NCBI GenBank assembly: GCA_029288805.1
Contig: JARIGO010000024.1
Coordinates: 1-48,300 of the forward strand
Direction of reading: 5' to 3'
DNA from: Candidatus Nomurabacteria bacterium
GTDB taxonomy: Bacteria > Patescibacteriota > Minisyncoccia > Phycocordibacterales > UBA9973
DNA: 48,300 nucleotides
How positions within the stretch are numbered: the first letter of the stretch is position 1; every line of letters starts with the position of its first letter. Position numbers and translations under genes: made by a program. Under the pieces are notes generated by a model. It did no database searches and had not been told where the DNA came from. It was given only the letters and a program-made list of their open reading frames with translations. Below, in pieces: positions 28,915 to 39,056 of the stretch.

Positions 28915-28990
28915 GCCATTGTAGCTCAGTTGGTAGAGCACTCCATTGGTAATGGGGAGGTCTCCGGTTCAATCCCGGACAATGGCTCCA
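28915..28990 (+). tRNA. tRNA-Thr (GGT)
   Basis: GCCATTG/CAATGGC acceptor stem, loop TTGGTAA, TTCAATC T-loop, encoded CCA. Confidence 0.96.
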
Positions 28991-29037
28991 CGTAAAAGAA
29001 TAGTAAAACCCCCGTTACGGATAACGAGGGTTTAAAG

Positions 29038-29676
29038 CTACGCGTACTGCACGAGAGGTTCTCTGCGATAACGCTTAGTAACTACGATCTTTTTCACCTT
29101 TTGCAGCAGCCTTCTGCAAAGCACTGTGATACCACGCCATAGCAGTTTGCATGTTGCGGCAATTTCATAACATATAGAAATAAATATTTCTATACAGTTG
29201 TCCGCTTTGTCATACGTTGCGGTGGTACCAACACAATGCATTTTGAATGTGCCCATGAATTTCCAGATCAGCCATATTCGGGGAATATGACACCCTGAAG
29301 AAACAACATAGATTTCGTGTGCATCTTCAGTTTGCAACATTGTTGCCATGGCCTGAGTTTCTTGAAAAGTGTTCCAGGTAGTTTCGGTACCGATGCAGGC
29401 AATTTCAGGAACTCTTCGAATGGTACCTTTTGCCTTTTCAGTTTCAAGCCGGTGCTTGCATTGCAGTCTCATTGCTTCGCGAAAAGTCCTTTTCCACCCA
29501 GCCTTAGGTTTTTGGCCCGCCGCAAGATAGATCGTAAAAAGAGTGTTTGGGTCAGTCTTGGTGAGGCTGATTACCAGGTCTACAGCCCTGCGAAGTCTTC
29601 GCTGGGTTTTGGGGCCACAAAATGGGACGTTCTGTCGGCTATCACCGGCATAAACGAGGATGCGAATCTTTTTCAA
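29038..29676 (-). CDS. Divergent YdcF/DUF218-like protein
   Basis: RRLRRAVDL, TWNTFQE and VVSSGCHIPR resemble the DUF218 motifs (NT.EN; VTS..H..R). Confidence 0.55.
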   Translation of the reverse strand: MKKIRILVYAGDSRQNVPFCGPKTQRRLRRAVDLVISLTKTDPNTLFTIYLAAGQKPKAGWKRTFREAMRLQCKHRLETEKAKGTIRRVPEIACIGTETTWNTFQETQAMATMLQTEDAHEIYVVSSGCHIPRIWLIWKFMGTFKMHCVGTTATYDKADNCIEIFISICYEIAATCKLLWRGITVLCRRLLQKVKKIVVTKRYRREPLVQYA

Positions 29677-29771
29677 GGTTAAAATTGGTTTTTCTTAAGA
29701 TTACTATTTTTATAGCCCTCGTCAAGGGAAAACTTTATTTTTTTGAAAATTCATGTATAATAACGGCTCTT

Positions 29772-31568
29772 ATGGAAATTCGAAACATTGCTATCATTGC
29801 ACACGTTGACCACGGAAAAACCACACTAACCGACAAAATGTTGGCTTTTTGTGGTGAAATCCTGGATGGCGGTTCAATGGACTCAAATCAAATTGAACGC
29901 GAGCGCGGCATTACTATTTATGCAAAAAACACCGCAGTAACGTACAAGGGTACTAAGATTAATATTGTGGACACACCAGGTCACGCCGACTTCGGTTCAG
30001 AAGTGGAGCGCGTCCTTCGTTCAATCGACTCAGTGTTGCTAATCGTTGATGCTCAGGAAGGTCCAATGCCGCAGACTCGCTTCGTGTTGAAGAAGTCTCT
30101 TGAACTCGGCCTGAAGCCAATCGTTGTTATCAACAAGATCGACAAGCCAGGTTCAGATGTTGCCGCAACTCATGATGCTGTTTTCGAACTTTTTATGGAG
30201 CTTGGTGCCAATGATGAACAGCTCGACTTCACGACTGTGTACGCTATTGGTCGCGATGGCGTTGCCATGATCAAACCTGATGATGAGCGCAAGGACCTTA
30301 CACCGCTCTTTGAAACTATTTTGGAAAAAGTTCCTGTTGCTGCAAACGACACAACGAAAACATTCCGTATGCAGGCATTCAACTTGGCGTATGACAACTT
30401 CTTGGGACGTTTGGCTGTTGGTCGCGTTTATGAAGGTGTCGTGAAAAGTGGCGATACTGTGTACATCAAAAGTGAAGGCACAGAAACTCGCACTGCAAAA
30501 ATCACCAAGCTCTTTACCTTCCACGGCTTTACTCGTGAAGAAGCCTCTGAAGCTCAGGCAGGTGACATTGTAATGCTTGCGGGTATTCCTGACATTTTCA
30601 TTGGTGAGACTATTAGTACCGTGAAGGAAATGGAATTGCTTCCCGCCATCACTATCGATGAACCGACTATCGTGTTGGACTTCTTGGTTAACAACTCTCC
30701 ATTTGCCGGTAAGGAAGGAAAGTTCGTGACATCCCGTCAGCTTCGTGAGCGCCTAGAGCGCGAGCTTGAAGTGAACGTTGGTTTGAAGGTGGACTTTTCT
30801 CCTGATGAAAATCGTATTGCTGAAGGCTTCAAGGTCTTTGGTCGCGGTGAAATGCACATTGCTGTCTTGCTCGAAACCATGCGTCGTGAAGGATATGAAA
30901 TCCAGATCTCTCAGCCGCAGGTTATCATCAAGGAAGTTGATGGCGTGAAAAGTGAACCGTTTGAAGAAGTTACCATCGATGCTCCAGCGGAACATCAGGG
31001 TATCGTTATTGAAAAGCTCGGCATGCGCGGCTTCATCATGGCTGACATGAACCTGAAGAACAACACTGTACGCATGGTCTTCACTGGTCCAACTCGTGGC
31101 TTGCTCGGATACCGTAACCAGTTCCTCGTTGATACAAAGGGTGAGGGTATCATGTCTTCTCGCGTGGTTGGCTTCCGTCCATATGCCGGGGAAATTACTC
31201 GTCGCCAGGTTGGCTCTATGATTTCTATGGAGTCAGGAAAGGCATTGGCATTCGCACTCTGGGGTCTTCAGGATCGTGGCGTACTGTATATCACTCCTAC
31301 AACAGAAGTGTATGAAGGTATGGTCATCGGTAACACTTCAAAGGGCGAGGAAATGAAAGTGAACCCTACCAAAGGTAAGCAGCTTACCAACATGCGCGCA
31401 TCAGGTTCTGATGAAGCGGTGACTATCATCCCGCCATGGCTTATGACTATCGAACGTGGCTTGGAAGTGATGCAGGATGATGAATTTCTAGAAGTGACAC
31501 CGCTCTCAGTTCGTCTTCGCAAACAATACTTGAACGAAAACGACCGCGTTAAGGCACGAAGAAAATAA
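29772..31568 (+). CDS. typA: Translational GTPase TypA/BipA
   Basis: [47 protein letters not shown]; start at ATG 29772. Confidence 0.97.
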   Translation: MEIRNIAIIAHVDHGKTTLTDKMLAFCGEILDGGSMDSNQIERERGITIYAKNTAVTYKGTKINIVDTPGHADFGSEVERVLRSIDSVLLIVDAQEGPMPQTRFVLKKSLELGLKPIVVINKIDKPGSDVAATHDAVFELFMELGANDEQLDFTTVYAIGRDGVAMIKPDDERKDLTPLFETILEKVPVAANDTTKTFRMQAFNLAYDNFLGRLAVGRVYEGVVKSGDTVYIKSEGTETRTAKITKLFTFHGFTREEASEAQAGDIVMLAGIPDIFIGETISTVKEMELLPAITIDEPTIVLDFLVNNSPFAGKEGKFVTSRQLRERLERELEVNVGLKVDFSPDENRIAEGFKVFGRGEMHIAVLLETMRREGYEIQISQPQVIIKEVDGVKSEPFEEVTIDAPAEHQGIVIEKLGMRGFIMADMNLKNNTVRMVFTGPTRGLLGYRNQFLVDTKGEGIMSSRVVGFRPYAGEITRRQVGSMISMESGKALAFALWGLQDRGVLYITPTTEVYEGMVIGNTSKGEEMKVNPTKGKQLTNMRASGSDEAVTIIPPWLMTIERGLEVMQDDEFLEVTPLSVRLRKQYLNENDRVKARRK

Positions 31569-31613
31569 AAAATGTGCAACATTTGATGTTGCACATTTTG
31601 CTATACTAAACAT

Positions 31614-32321
31614 ATGAACGAAAAGCGCTTAAAGGAATTTTGGAATCAGGAATATAAGGATCCGGAGTTTTTCGCATTGTCGGACGAGGCAAGTAGTGAC
31701 TTGCAGAAGTTCACGCGATGGCTGCAGAAGGAATACGGAAAGGATGTCTTGCGTCCTGACATAACAGTGCTGGATGCTGGTTGTGGAAACGGTCGTAATC
31801 TCTTGTGGCTCAATGACACGTTTCGCGTCAGAGGCTTTGGCTATGACATTTCCGATGTGGCTATTCGTCAGGCCACTGTTGCTGCAGAAAAGCAGAAGTG
31901 GGGAAGCAAGCTCGTATTCAAGACGCATTCAATCGCTTTGGATATTCCATTGCCGGATGAAAGTGTGGACATCGTGCTTGATATGATGGCGTCACACTTT
32001 CTCAAGGAAAAGGAACGCGCGATCTATTTCAAGGAAGTGGCGCGCGTTCTCAAGCCGCAAGGAGTGCTGTTCTTCAAGTCGTTTTACATGCAGGGTGACC
32101 AGCATGCCAAGGACCTGATCAAGAATGAAAGTGCAGGTGAGGAAAACGCCTACATCCATCCTCGTTTGAAAGTATACGAATACGTGTGGAGTGACGAAGC
32201 TATCGAAAAGCAATTTGAAAATGACTTTATCCTGCAGCACAAGGAAGCGTCACACAAACACAACATTCGTGGCAAGCCAAACAAGCGCCGTTCAGTTGTT
32301 TGTTATTTTGAGAAGAAATAA
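31614..32321 (+). CDS. Class I SAM-dependent methyltransferase
   Basis: VLDAGCGNGRN motif I, RVLKPQG. Confidence 0.9.
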   Translation: MNEKRLKEFWNQEYKDPEFFALSDEASSDLQKFTRWLQKEYGKDVLRPDITVLDAGCGNGRNLLWLNDTFRVRGFGYDISDVAIRQATVAAEKQKWGSKLVFKTHSIALDIPLPDESVDIVLDMMASHFLKEKERAIYFKEVARVLKPQGVLFFKSFYMQGDQHAKDLIKNESAGEENAYIHPRLKVYEYVWSDEAIEKQFENDFILQHKEASHKHNIRGKPNKRRSVVCYFEKK

Positions 32322-32349
32322 AAAAGCCGCGCTCTACGCGCGGTTTTTC

Positions 32350-32502
32350 TCAAGCACAATGTGGATGTTCCGCCCAGTCCTGCATTGCAGGACTGTTGCG
32401 GTCATCGTCGATGTCTTTGACTTCTCCTTCCTTTGGTGTCATCGGAATGATCGGTGTCGCATCGATGTGCGTTTGATTTTCTTGGTACTCAGAATAACTC
32501 AT
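32350..32502 (-). CDS. Putative small acidic protein, 50 aa
   Basis: MSYSEYQENQTHIDATPIIPMTPKEGEVKDIDDDRNSPAMQDWAEHPHCA; ends at the bidirectional hairpin 32320-32349. Confidence 0.4.
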   Translation of the reverse strand: MSYSEYQENQTHIDATPIIPMTPKEGEVKDIDDDRNSPAMQDWAEHPHCA

Positions 32503-32556
32503 AGTTTTGTAATTGGGATTTTATGTTACTATAATCTTTTGATAATCAAAGTCAAT

Positions 32557-32629
32557 GCCACCTTAGCTCAGCTGGTAGAGCACCGGTATCGTAAACCGTA
32601 GGTCCCGAGTTCGATTCTCGGAGGTGGCT
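32557..32629 (+). tRNA. tRNA-Thr (CGT)
   Basis: GCCACCT/AGGTGGC acceptor stem, loop ATCGTAA, TTCGATT T-loop; terminator at about 32636-32670. Confidence 0.93.
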
Positions 32630-32670
32630 CAAATGAAAATCCCCACATAACAAGGTTATGTGGGGATTTT

Positions 32671-33231
32671 TTAGGCTGCCTTGGCATGAATAAGTGGAAG
32701 ATGAAACACCTTCGCAACATTCTGTAGCTGGTTAGCAAACATGTGTAATTTCAAAAGCATCTTTTTGCGCAATGAAAAAGGTTCTCGCTCATAGAAAACA
32801 TCTTTTAAAAACGACAGAGCTTTCTTGTTTGGCACAGCGCTGTTGCTGAAGTAGCCTAACTGTTTCTGATTGGCTCGAATAATCAATCTTGTTTCCTGGT
32901 GGTCGTAATAATAAATTCTCTTCTGCGCTAATACATGTACAAATGTACGGTTCCTTTTTAAGGATTGAGTCAGCATTTGTTCAGGGATAAGCGACATGTT
33001 GCAAGGATGAGAATCCTTTCTAAGTTTGTCGGCGGCATTGCGGGTCAGTAAAACAAAATTGTCCCCATAGTTTTTTAGATGAGAAGTTCTAATAACGGCT
33101 ATGTAATAAAAATTCTGATACGGCTGACTTTTGTCATATCCGTATATGGCATTTACTAATTCATGGCTGTTTTTAGCAACATCAGAATACATCTGAATGT
33201 TAATCGAGTCTTCTTTCAGATAATTTTTCAT
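32671..33231 (-). CDS. Hypothetical protein
   Basis: 186-aa ORF filling the interval between tRNA-Thr and prfB; no firm motif. Confidence 0.55.
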   Translation of the reverse strand: MKNYLKEDSINIQMYSDVAKNSHELVNAIYGYDKSQPYQNFYYIAVIRTSHLKNYGDNFVLLTRNAADKLRKDSHPCNMSLIPEQMLTQSLKRNRTFVHVLAQKRIYYYDHQETRLIIRANQKQLGYFSNSAVPNKKALSFLKDVFYEREPFSLRKKMLLKLHMFANQLQNVAKVFHLPLIHAKAA

Positions 33232-33317
33232 AATTAAGGAATTTTTTATAAGTATACAACTTATTTTTTACAAGTAAATAAGGAGCAAAAATGGTATTTT
33301 TTTGGTACAGTACATGC

Positions 33318-34199
33318 ATGAACAAAGAGACAATTGCGGCTCGCATAACGGAAATTGAAACTGCCATGGGGCAGGCGGATTTTTGGAGTGACAAAAATGC
33401 GGCACAGGCAATGATCAAGGAATTGCAGGAATTGAAGGAGTCACTGGAAGGTCTTGGCAAGTACGACAAGGGTAATGCGGTCATTACTATTTTTGCCGGA
33501 GCAGGCGGGGACGACGCGGAAGATTTTGTCGGCATGTTGCTGACCATGTACATGCGCTACGCGGAAAAGAAAGGATGGCATATTGCATCACTTGAACAGC
33601 ATGCCAACGACCATGGAGGATATCGCAATGTCATGATCAGTGTGGAAGGCAAGCGCGCATACGGCACGCTCAAGAATGAGTCCGGCGTGCATCGTCTGGT
33701 ACGCATCTCGCCGTTCAATGCCAATGGTAAGCGTCAGACATCGTTTGCCATGGTGGAAGTCATTCCGGAATTTTCAAAAACTGATACTGAGATTGTCATC
33801 CCAGAAGGAGATCTTGAATATTCATTTGCCCGTGCTGGTGGTCCTGGTGGACAAAACGTGAACAAGCGAGAGACGGCAGTGCGTATCGTGCACAAGCCTA
33901 CTGGACTATCCGTGCATGTCACCAGCGAACGCAGTCAGGAGCAAAATAAGGAAAAGGGTTTGGAATTGCTGAAAGGAAAGATATACAAGCGTCAGGAAGA
34001 GGAACGCAAAGCCGCAGAGCACGGCATGCATATTTCCAAGACCACCGATAACGAATGGGGCAGTCAGATGCGTTCATATACTTTGCATCCTGATAAACGC
34101 ATTAAAGATCACCGCACTGGCGTGGAAGTAACAAACACCGAAAACGTTTTGGAAAAAGGCGACATTGATGTATTTGTGGAAGCCGAGGCTTCCTTGTAG
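33318..34199 (+). CDS. prfB: Peptide chain release factor 2 (compact form)
   Basis: [13 protein letters not shown] (RF2-specific SPF), [18 protein letters not shown]; prfB-ftsE-ftsX order. Confidence 0.9.
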   Translation: MNKETIAARITEIETAMGQADFWSDKNAAQAMIKELQELKESLEGLGKYDKGNAVITIFAGAGGDDAEDFVGMLLTMYMRYAEKKGWHIASLEQHANDHGGYRNVMISVEGKRAYGTLKNESGVHRLVRISPFNANGKRQTSFAMVEVIPEFSKTDTEIVIPEGDLEYSFARAGGPGGQNVNKRETAVRIVHKPTGLSVHVTSERSQEQNKEKGLELLKGKIYKRQEEERKAAEHGMHISKTTDNEWGSQMRSYTLHPDKRIKDHRTGVEVTNTENVLEKGDIDVFVEAEASL

Positions 34200-34224
34200 T
34201 AGCGATATGGTATACTAAAAACTC

Positions 34225-34905
34225 ATGATTAAGTTTGTAAATGTATCAAAAGCTTACCCTAATGGTGCTGTAGCACTGGAAAATGTTAATTTGGAAATTG
34301 AAAAGGGTGAATTCGTTACCGTTGTTGGTCCGTCAGGAGCAGGGAAGACTACGCTCAATAAATTAATTATCGCGGAAGAAGAGCCGACAGAAGGAACAGT
34401 ACTATTTGAGAATCAGGACATTGATGCCTTTAACAGTGGGCAGGTGACCCGTCTTCGCCGTCGCATCGGTATGGTCTTTCAGGATTTTCGCTTGCTTTCA
34501 AATAAGACAGCATATGAAAACATTGCCTTTGCCATGGAAGCGTCAGGCAAGAGTGATGAGGAAATCGTTTCAGACGTACCGCACGTATTGCAGCTCGTGG
34601 ATCTTCAGGATCGCATGTTCCACTTTCCTGGGCAGCTATCTGGTGGAGAAAAGCAGCGTTTGGCAATTGCTCGCGCCATCATCAATCAGCCTGAAGTGTT
34701 GATTGCCGATGAGCCGACTGGCAACTTGGATGGCAAGAACACTATGGAGGTGATTGAAATCTTGAAAAAGATTAATGACTTGGGTACAACGGTCATTTTG
34801 ACTACGCATGATCAGCAGATGATCAAGGCAGTAGGGCAGCGCATTATCAGCATGGAGCGTGGACGTGTCGTAGGAGACGAGCAAAAAGCGCAAGTTAAGC
34901 TATAA
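34225..34905 (+). CDS. ftsE: Cell division ATP-binding protein FtsE
   Basis: GPSGAGKTT, LRRRIGMVFQDFRLL, LSGGE, ADEPTGNLD. Confidence 0.93.
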   Translation: MIKFVNVSKAYPNGAVALENVNLEIEKGEFVTVVGPSGAGKTTLNKLIIAEEEPTEGTVLFENQDIDAFNSGQVTRLRRRIGMVFQDFRLLSNKTAYENIAFAMEASGKSDEEIVSDVPHVLQLVDLQDRMFHFPGQLSGGEKQRLAIARAIINQPEVLIADEPTGNLDGKNTMEVIEILKKINDLGTTVILTTHDQQMIKAVGQRIISMERGRVVGDEQKAQVKL

Positions 34906-34912
34906 TACATAT

Positions 34913-35836
34913 ATGTTTTGGGTACGACTAAAAAGAGTTATAAAATCTGGATGGGTAAACTTTCGCCGCAATAGTGTTGTGTCATACGCAGCTATTTTGG
35001 TTACTACTATAACGCTCACCGTTGTGACAGCGTTGTTTGTATTCCAGGCTATTTTGAATGCAGGTATTGCTCAGGTACAAAGCAAAGTTGATATTGCCGT
35101 GTACTTTACGGTCAACGCTCCGGAAGACCAGATCTTGGCACTTGAAGGCAATTTACAAAAGCTTCCTGAAGTGGCTTCTGTTCAATATATTTCTGCTGAC
35201 CAGCAAGTTTTGGCATTCCGTGATCGTCACAGTGATGACTATCTGACACTGCAGGCCCTTGATGAGCTTGGGGACAACCCGTTTGGCGGTCTGCTTCAGA
35301 TTACTGCAAAGGATTCCAGTCAGTACGATGCCATTGCTCAGGTACTTGAAGGGAACACACCGATTGCTCAGGACAATTCTCAGATCATCTCTCGCATCAA
35401 CTACTCACAAAACAAGGAAGTTATTGATAACTTAAACTCACTGATCTTTGACGCACGACGTGTCGGTTTGGTTTTAACATTGGTATTGTCTTTGATCTCT
35501 GTCATCATCATGTACACCACTATTCGTCTCACTATCTACATGGCACGAGATGAAATCGGCATTATGCGTCTTGTGGGCGCCAGCGGCTCATATGTTCGCG
35601 CACCGTTCTTGGTCCAGGGTATCTTGTACGGCGTATTTGCATGGCTGGTAACCAATCTTATCTTCTTCCCATTAACGTACCTTGCTGGTGTAAAACTTAC
35701 GAACGTACTCGGTATCAACCTCTACAGTTACTACACAAGTCACCTCTTCTCAGTCAGCGGCCTGGTGCTTGTGATCGGTGTACTGCTCGGCATGATTTCC
35801 AGCCTGCTTGCGGTTCGACGATACCTGAACGTCTAA
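34913..35836 (+). CDS. ftsX: Cell division permease FtsX
   Basis: Four TM helices, TIRLTIY, EIGIMRLVGAS, VRRYL; follows ftsE. Confidence 0.92.
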   Translation: MFWVRLKRVIKSGWVNFRRNSVVSYAAILVTTITLTVVTALFVFQAILNAGIAQVQSKVDIAVYFTVNAPEDQILALEGNLQKLPEVASVQYISADQQVLAFRDRHSDDYLTLQALDELGDNPFGGLLQITAKDSSQYDAIAQVLEGNTPIAQDNSQIISRINYSQNKEVIDNLNSLIFDARRVGLVLTLVLSLISVIIMYTTIRLTIYMARDEIGIMRLVGASGSYVRAPFLVQGILYGVFAWLVTNLIFFPLTYLAGVKLTNVLGINLYSYYTSHLFSVSGLVLVIGVLLGMISSLLAVRRYLNV

Positions 35837-35888
35837 CGGGAAACAGCATAAAAGGCGCGATGCATATGCATCGCGCCTTGTTTGTTTT

Positions 35889-36164
35889 TTACGAACCCGC
35901 ATCTTCATTATCGCTTATCTCTCCTTCGCTTAGCAATGCAGCGCCTACGAGAGCACTCGGAGCAATGCCGACATCACTGTACGCTTCTTCATCAGCAGTG
36001 TCATTTTGATACGCCCGAATACTTATCGCTACAATGGCCACGATAGCGGCGAAACAAATACAAATCCCCGCAATCGTATATAGCAAGGGTTGGTGCTCCT
36101 TATGAATGGCAGCAAATTCATGGGTTTGCGAAAATACCTGCAAAAGTTGATATGGTTTTTTCAT
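35889..36164 (-). CDS. Hypothetical small membrane protein
   Basis: 91-aa ORF with one TM helix, converging on palindrome at about 35852-35879. Confidence 0.5.
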   Translation of the reverse strand: MKKPYQLLQVFSQTHEFAAIHKEHQPLLYTIAGICICFAAIVAIVAISIRAYQNDTADEEAYSDVGIAPSALVGAALLSEGEISDNEDAGS

Positions 36165-36317
36165 TATTCAAAATTTTAACTACTGTAAGGCATATCGTAA
36201 AAAGAAGCAACGTATCTCTTGTATGATAGGTAAGAGGTATATTGACTTTTTTACCAAAGTATGTTACTATAATAACAAAGTAAAAAACCTCACATTCTTT
36301 AAAAAACTTTAGAAAAA

Positions 36318-36950
36318 ATGAAAAAAAGCTTGTTTTTGCTACTTATTGCAGTAGCGTTTGCATCCTGCACAAAGGAAGTTATTGAAATACATAAAACATG
36401 TACGAATAAGCCGTCTACCGGCACGCCACAAGACACTATGAAGTATGTATCCGGTATTAATGTTACCTCAAATGGTGCCACAACCATTACTTATTCAAAT
36501 CCAGGTGGTTCACAAGTGCACGGTACATCAACAATGGTTATTCCGTTCGCTGTCACTGCATTTGGTAAAAACTGGTACATGTCATCAGCTACTCAGCGTG
36601 TAATTGTAGGATCAGTAAATGCTCCCACAGCTACGGCTGGCAACTACATTCAGTATGCTGTAGATAATGGCTCTACGTTGTCCCAAAATGGTGATATTGC
36701 TTCTGCTACTATTACCTATACAGGCAACGATGTCCTTACGGTAGATGCAAACGGCAACTATCAGATTCCTGTTGGTCAGACCAAGACATTCAACCTGGTG
36801 ATCACGTATACCGCAGCTACTACTGGTTCATACCGCGGTCAATTGGTAAATGTAAATGCAAACTCAACGGATTCAGGTAGCGACTATATTTCATTTTCGA
36901 GCCTATTGAACAGCAACCTGTTTCGCACGGGATACGTAGCTGCCCAATAG
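36318..36950 (+). CDS. Putative lipoprotein, beta-rich
   Basis: MKKSLFLLLIAVAFAS-C lipobox; upstream TTGACT/TACTAT-TATAAT promoter and downstream terminator. Confidence 0.7.
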   Translation: MKKSLFLLLIAVAFASCTKEVIEIHKTCTNKPSTGTPQDTMKYVSGINVTSNGATTITYSNPGGSQVHGTSTMVIPFAVTAFGKNWYMSSATQRVIVGSVNAPTATAGNYIQYAVDNGSTLSQNGDIASATITYTGNDVLTVDANGNYQIPVGQTKTFNLVITYTAATTGSYRGQLVNVNANSTDSGSDYISFSSLLNSNLFRTGYVAAQ

Positions 36951-37055
36951 CTTGGATAAAAAATTCAAATGCCCTTCACAGATGTGAAGGACATTTTTTG
37001 TTGATTTTTATCCAAAAAAACGCTATTCTACATCAGCCTTTACAGGTCATTATAT

Positions 37056-37126
37056 TGCGGGTTCGTCTAATGGTAGGACTACGGTTTCTGGTACCGTCTA
37101 TTGGGGTTCGAGTCCCTGACCCGCAG
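37056..37126 (+). tRNA. tRNA-Gln (CTG)
   Basis: TGCGGGT/ACCCGCA acceptor stem (U1-A72), loop TTCTGGT, TTCGAGT T-loop, G73. Confidence 0.94.
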
Positions 37127-37129
37127 CAA

Positions 37130-37585
37130 ATGTTTACAACACTAATTATTGCTCTCATAGTAATGACGGCTGCCGCATTTTTCTTGAGAGAATTTAGTGC
37201 TACTTCATCTCGACCAAAGCCAGATGCTTTTGGGAAAATGCTGTATAAACAGCGACGATTTCTTACAAAGTCAGAGCTTGATTTTTTTAGAACGCTTGAA
37301 GCGAAATATGCAAACGAATACTATATAGTTCCGCAAGTGCCCCTATCAAGTATCGTTGATGTTGATTTGCCAAAAAAATTTTATGCATACAAAGGCTATC
37401 GCTCAAAGATCGACAAGAAAACATTAGATTTTGTTCTATTTGAAAAAGTGAACCTTACCCCTGTGTTGGCATTTGAGTTGGATGACTATACCCATGAGAG
37501 GGAAGATAGAAAAGTTAGGGATGAGTTTGTTAACGTGGTAATGGAGAAAGTGGGTATTAAGCTTGAGAGAGTTAAGTCTTTCTAA
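37130..37585 (+). CDS. DUF2726-like protein with N-terminal TM
   Basis: LTKSELDFFRTL, PQVPLSSIV, LDFVL, FELDDYTH, RDEFVN; ATG 37130 chosen because the longer ORF overlaps the tRNA. Confidence 0.8.
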   Translation: MFTTLIIALIVMTAAAFFLREFSATSSRPKPDAFGKMLYKQRRFLTKSELDFFRTLEAKYANEYYIVPQVPLSSIVDVDLPKKFYAYKGYRSKIDKKTLDFVLFEKVNLTPVLAFELDDYTHEREDRKVRDEFVNVVMEKVGIKLERVKSF

Positions 37586-37653
37586 GAGAGCAAGGTTCCA
37601 AAATCGACCCAGACGGCCAGTCATATTTCTCTAAGGCTGATATAATTACCTCT

Positions 37654-38247
37654 ATGAAAATACAATCTCTAATCATACTAATTTCCTGGATATCGTTTGT
37701 GCTCTATTGGGCTGTTTCTTCCATTGGAGTCAAGAAGGATGTGGAAGGAAAGCGTTCATGGTTTTGGAGTACGCAAGGATTTATGCTCAGGTTGGCAGTG
37801 GCATTCGCCATTATTCTCTTTGCGGCGTTGCGAGGACATCTGCTCAATGCATATGACGTTGTGTTGCGCGGTCTTAGCGTATCGTCAGGTTCCGTGAGCA
37901 TGACTATAGGAACCATTCTAGTTGTGGTAGGTATCGGATATGCCATATGGGCGCGTGCGCATCTTGGAAGAAACTGGAGTTCCCATCCCGCATTGAAGGA
38001 ACATCCTGAACTTGTAACTTCTGGACCATATAGATATATTCGTCATCCTATTTACACCGGCATGCTTCTGGCCGTGCTCGGTTCAGCCATCGCAGTAAGC
38101 GTGTGGTGGTACATAATCCTGATCTTCGTAGGCGTCATGTTTGTGCGACGAGTATTCAAGGAAGAAGAGATCCTGACAAAGGAATTTTCAAACCAATATC
38201 TCGAATACAAAAAGAGAACCTGGGCGCTCATACCGTTTGTGTTTTAA
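37654..38247 (+). CDS. Isoprenylcysteine carboxyl methyltransferase family protein
   Basis: LGRNWS, LVTSGPYRYIRHPIYTG, EEEIL, YLEYKKRT. Confidence 0.9.
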   Translation: MKIQSLIILISWISFVLYWAVSSIGVKKDVEGKRSWFWSTQGFMLRLAVAFAIILFAALRGHLLNAYDVVLRGLSVSSGSVSMTIGTILVVVGIGYAIWARAHLGRNWSSHPALKEHPELVTSGPYRYIRHPIYTGMLLAVLGSAIAVSVWWYIILIFVGVMFVRRVFKEEEILTKEFSNQYLEYKKRTWALIPFVF

Positions 38248-38293
38248 AGACAAGTAATCGACAAAAAGCTAATTTACTGTACTATTTTGGTAT

Positions 38294-39052
38294 ATGAGTA
38301 AAAACATTGTTATCGGGATTTTAGTCGTCGTTATTTTAGGGGGCGGGTATCTTTTTTATAAACAGCAGCAAAAGGTACAGTCTATACAAGCAATTTCGCC
38401 GAGCGTTCCTACTGTCACCACTTCACAGGCGTCTAGTACCATGCCTTCTACAAAACAAATATCTTCTTCCGGCTCAGGGTCTTGTGGCACCGATATGGAC
38501 TGCTTTATCGCTCAAGCAAATACGTGCGGTCCGTCAAAGGTGGCCTTTTCTTTTCCTCTCTACGGTCATACTATTACTGCGAACTATGCTGTGAGTAAAA
38601 CAGCGACATCTGGCATGTGTTCATTTACGGACAGTGCCTATGGAACAAAGCAGGTATGTTCAGTGCCTTCAGCTGACCTGGTAGCGGTTCTTAAAAGATG
38701 GAAAGGCGGAACATTTGATTCTGGCGATTTGTCATCATACGCTTGCACCACCACAACTTCAGACGGAGCATCGTTTACTACTTCACCGACTTCTGGCGGA
38801 GCAGCTGTCTCAACCAGTGGGTACACGTACACGGAAACTGAACAAGTCGGAGGCTCGATGAGTGATACTGCGTTTTCATACAGCGTGTTGGCTATCGGAA
38901 CAAGTTCTGTGACTATGTCATTTACCAATAACCAAACTAATGAGACGGGAACAGTGACTGCGCAGCTTAACACTCCAGTTGTTGTTGCTGGATACACTAT
39001 TACCCTGAAAGGAATTACCGAAGACGGAGCAACGTTTACTATTAAGGAATAA
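38294..39052 (+). CDS. Membrane-anchored Ser/Thr-rich exported protein with Cys-rich domain
   Basis: N-terminal TM, low-complexity linker, CGTDMDCFIAQANTC, six Cys. Confidence 0.7.
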   Translation: MSKNIVIGILVVVILGGGYLFYKQQQKVQSIQAISPSVPTVTTSQASSTMPSTKQISSSGSGSCGTDMDCFIAQANTCGPSKVAFSFPLYGHTITANYAVSKTATSGMCSFTDSAYGTKQVCSVPSADLVAVLKRWKGGTFDSGDLSSYACTTTTSDGASFTTSPTSGGAAVSTSGYTYTETEQVGGSMSDTAFSYSVLAIGTSSVTMSFTNNQTNETGTVTAQLNTPVVVAGYTITLKGITEDGATFTIKE

Positions 39053-39056
39053 TCAT

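Noticed and set aside
28804-28995. 63-aa ORF over tRNA-Thr; likewise 32191..32601 and the 36998 start
   Set aside because: They overlap tRNA genes or terminators and are better explained by the RNA features
33230-33330. Programmed +1 frameshift upstream of prfB
   Set aside because: No CTTTGA site or short upstream ORF; a -10 box lies directly before ATG 33318
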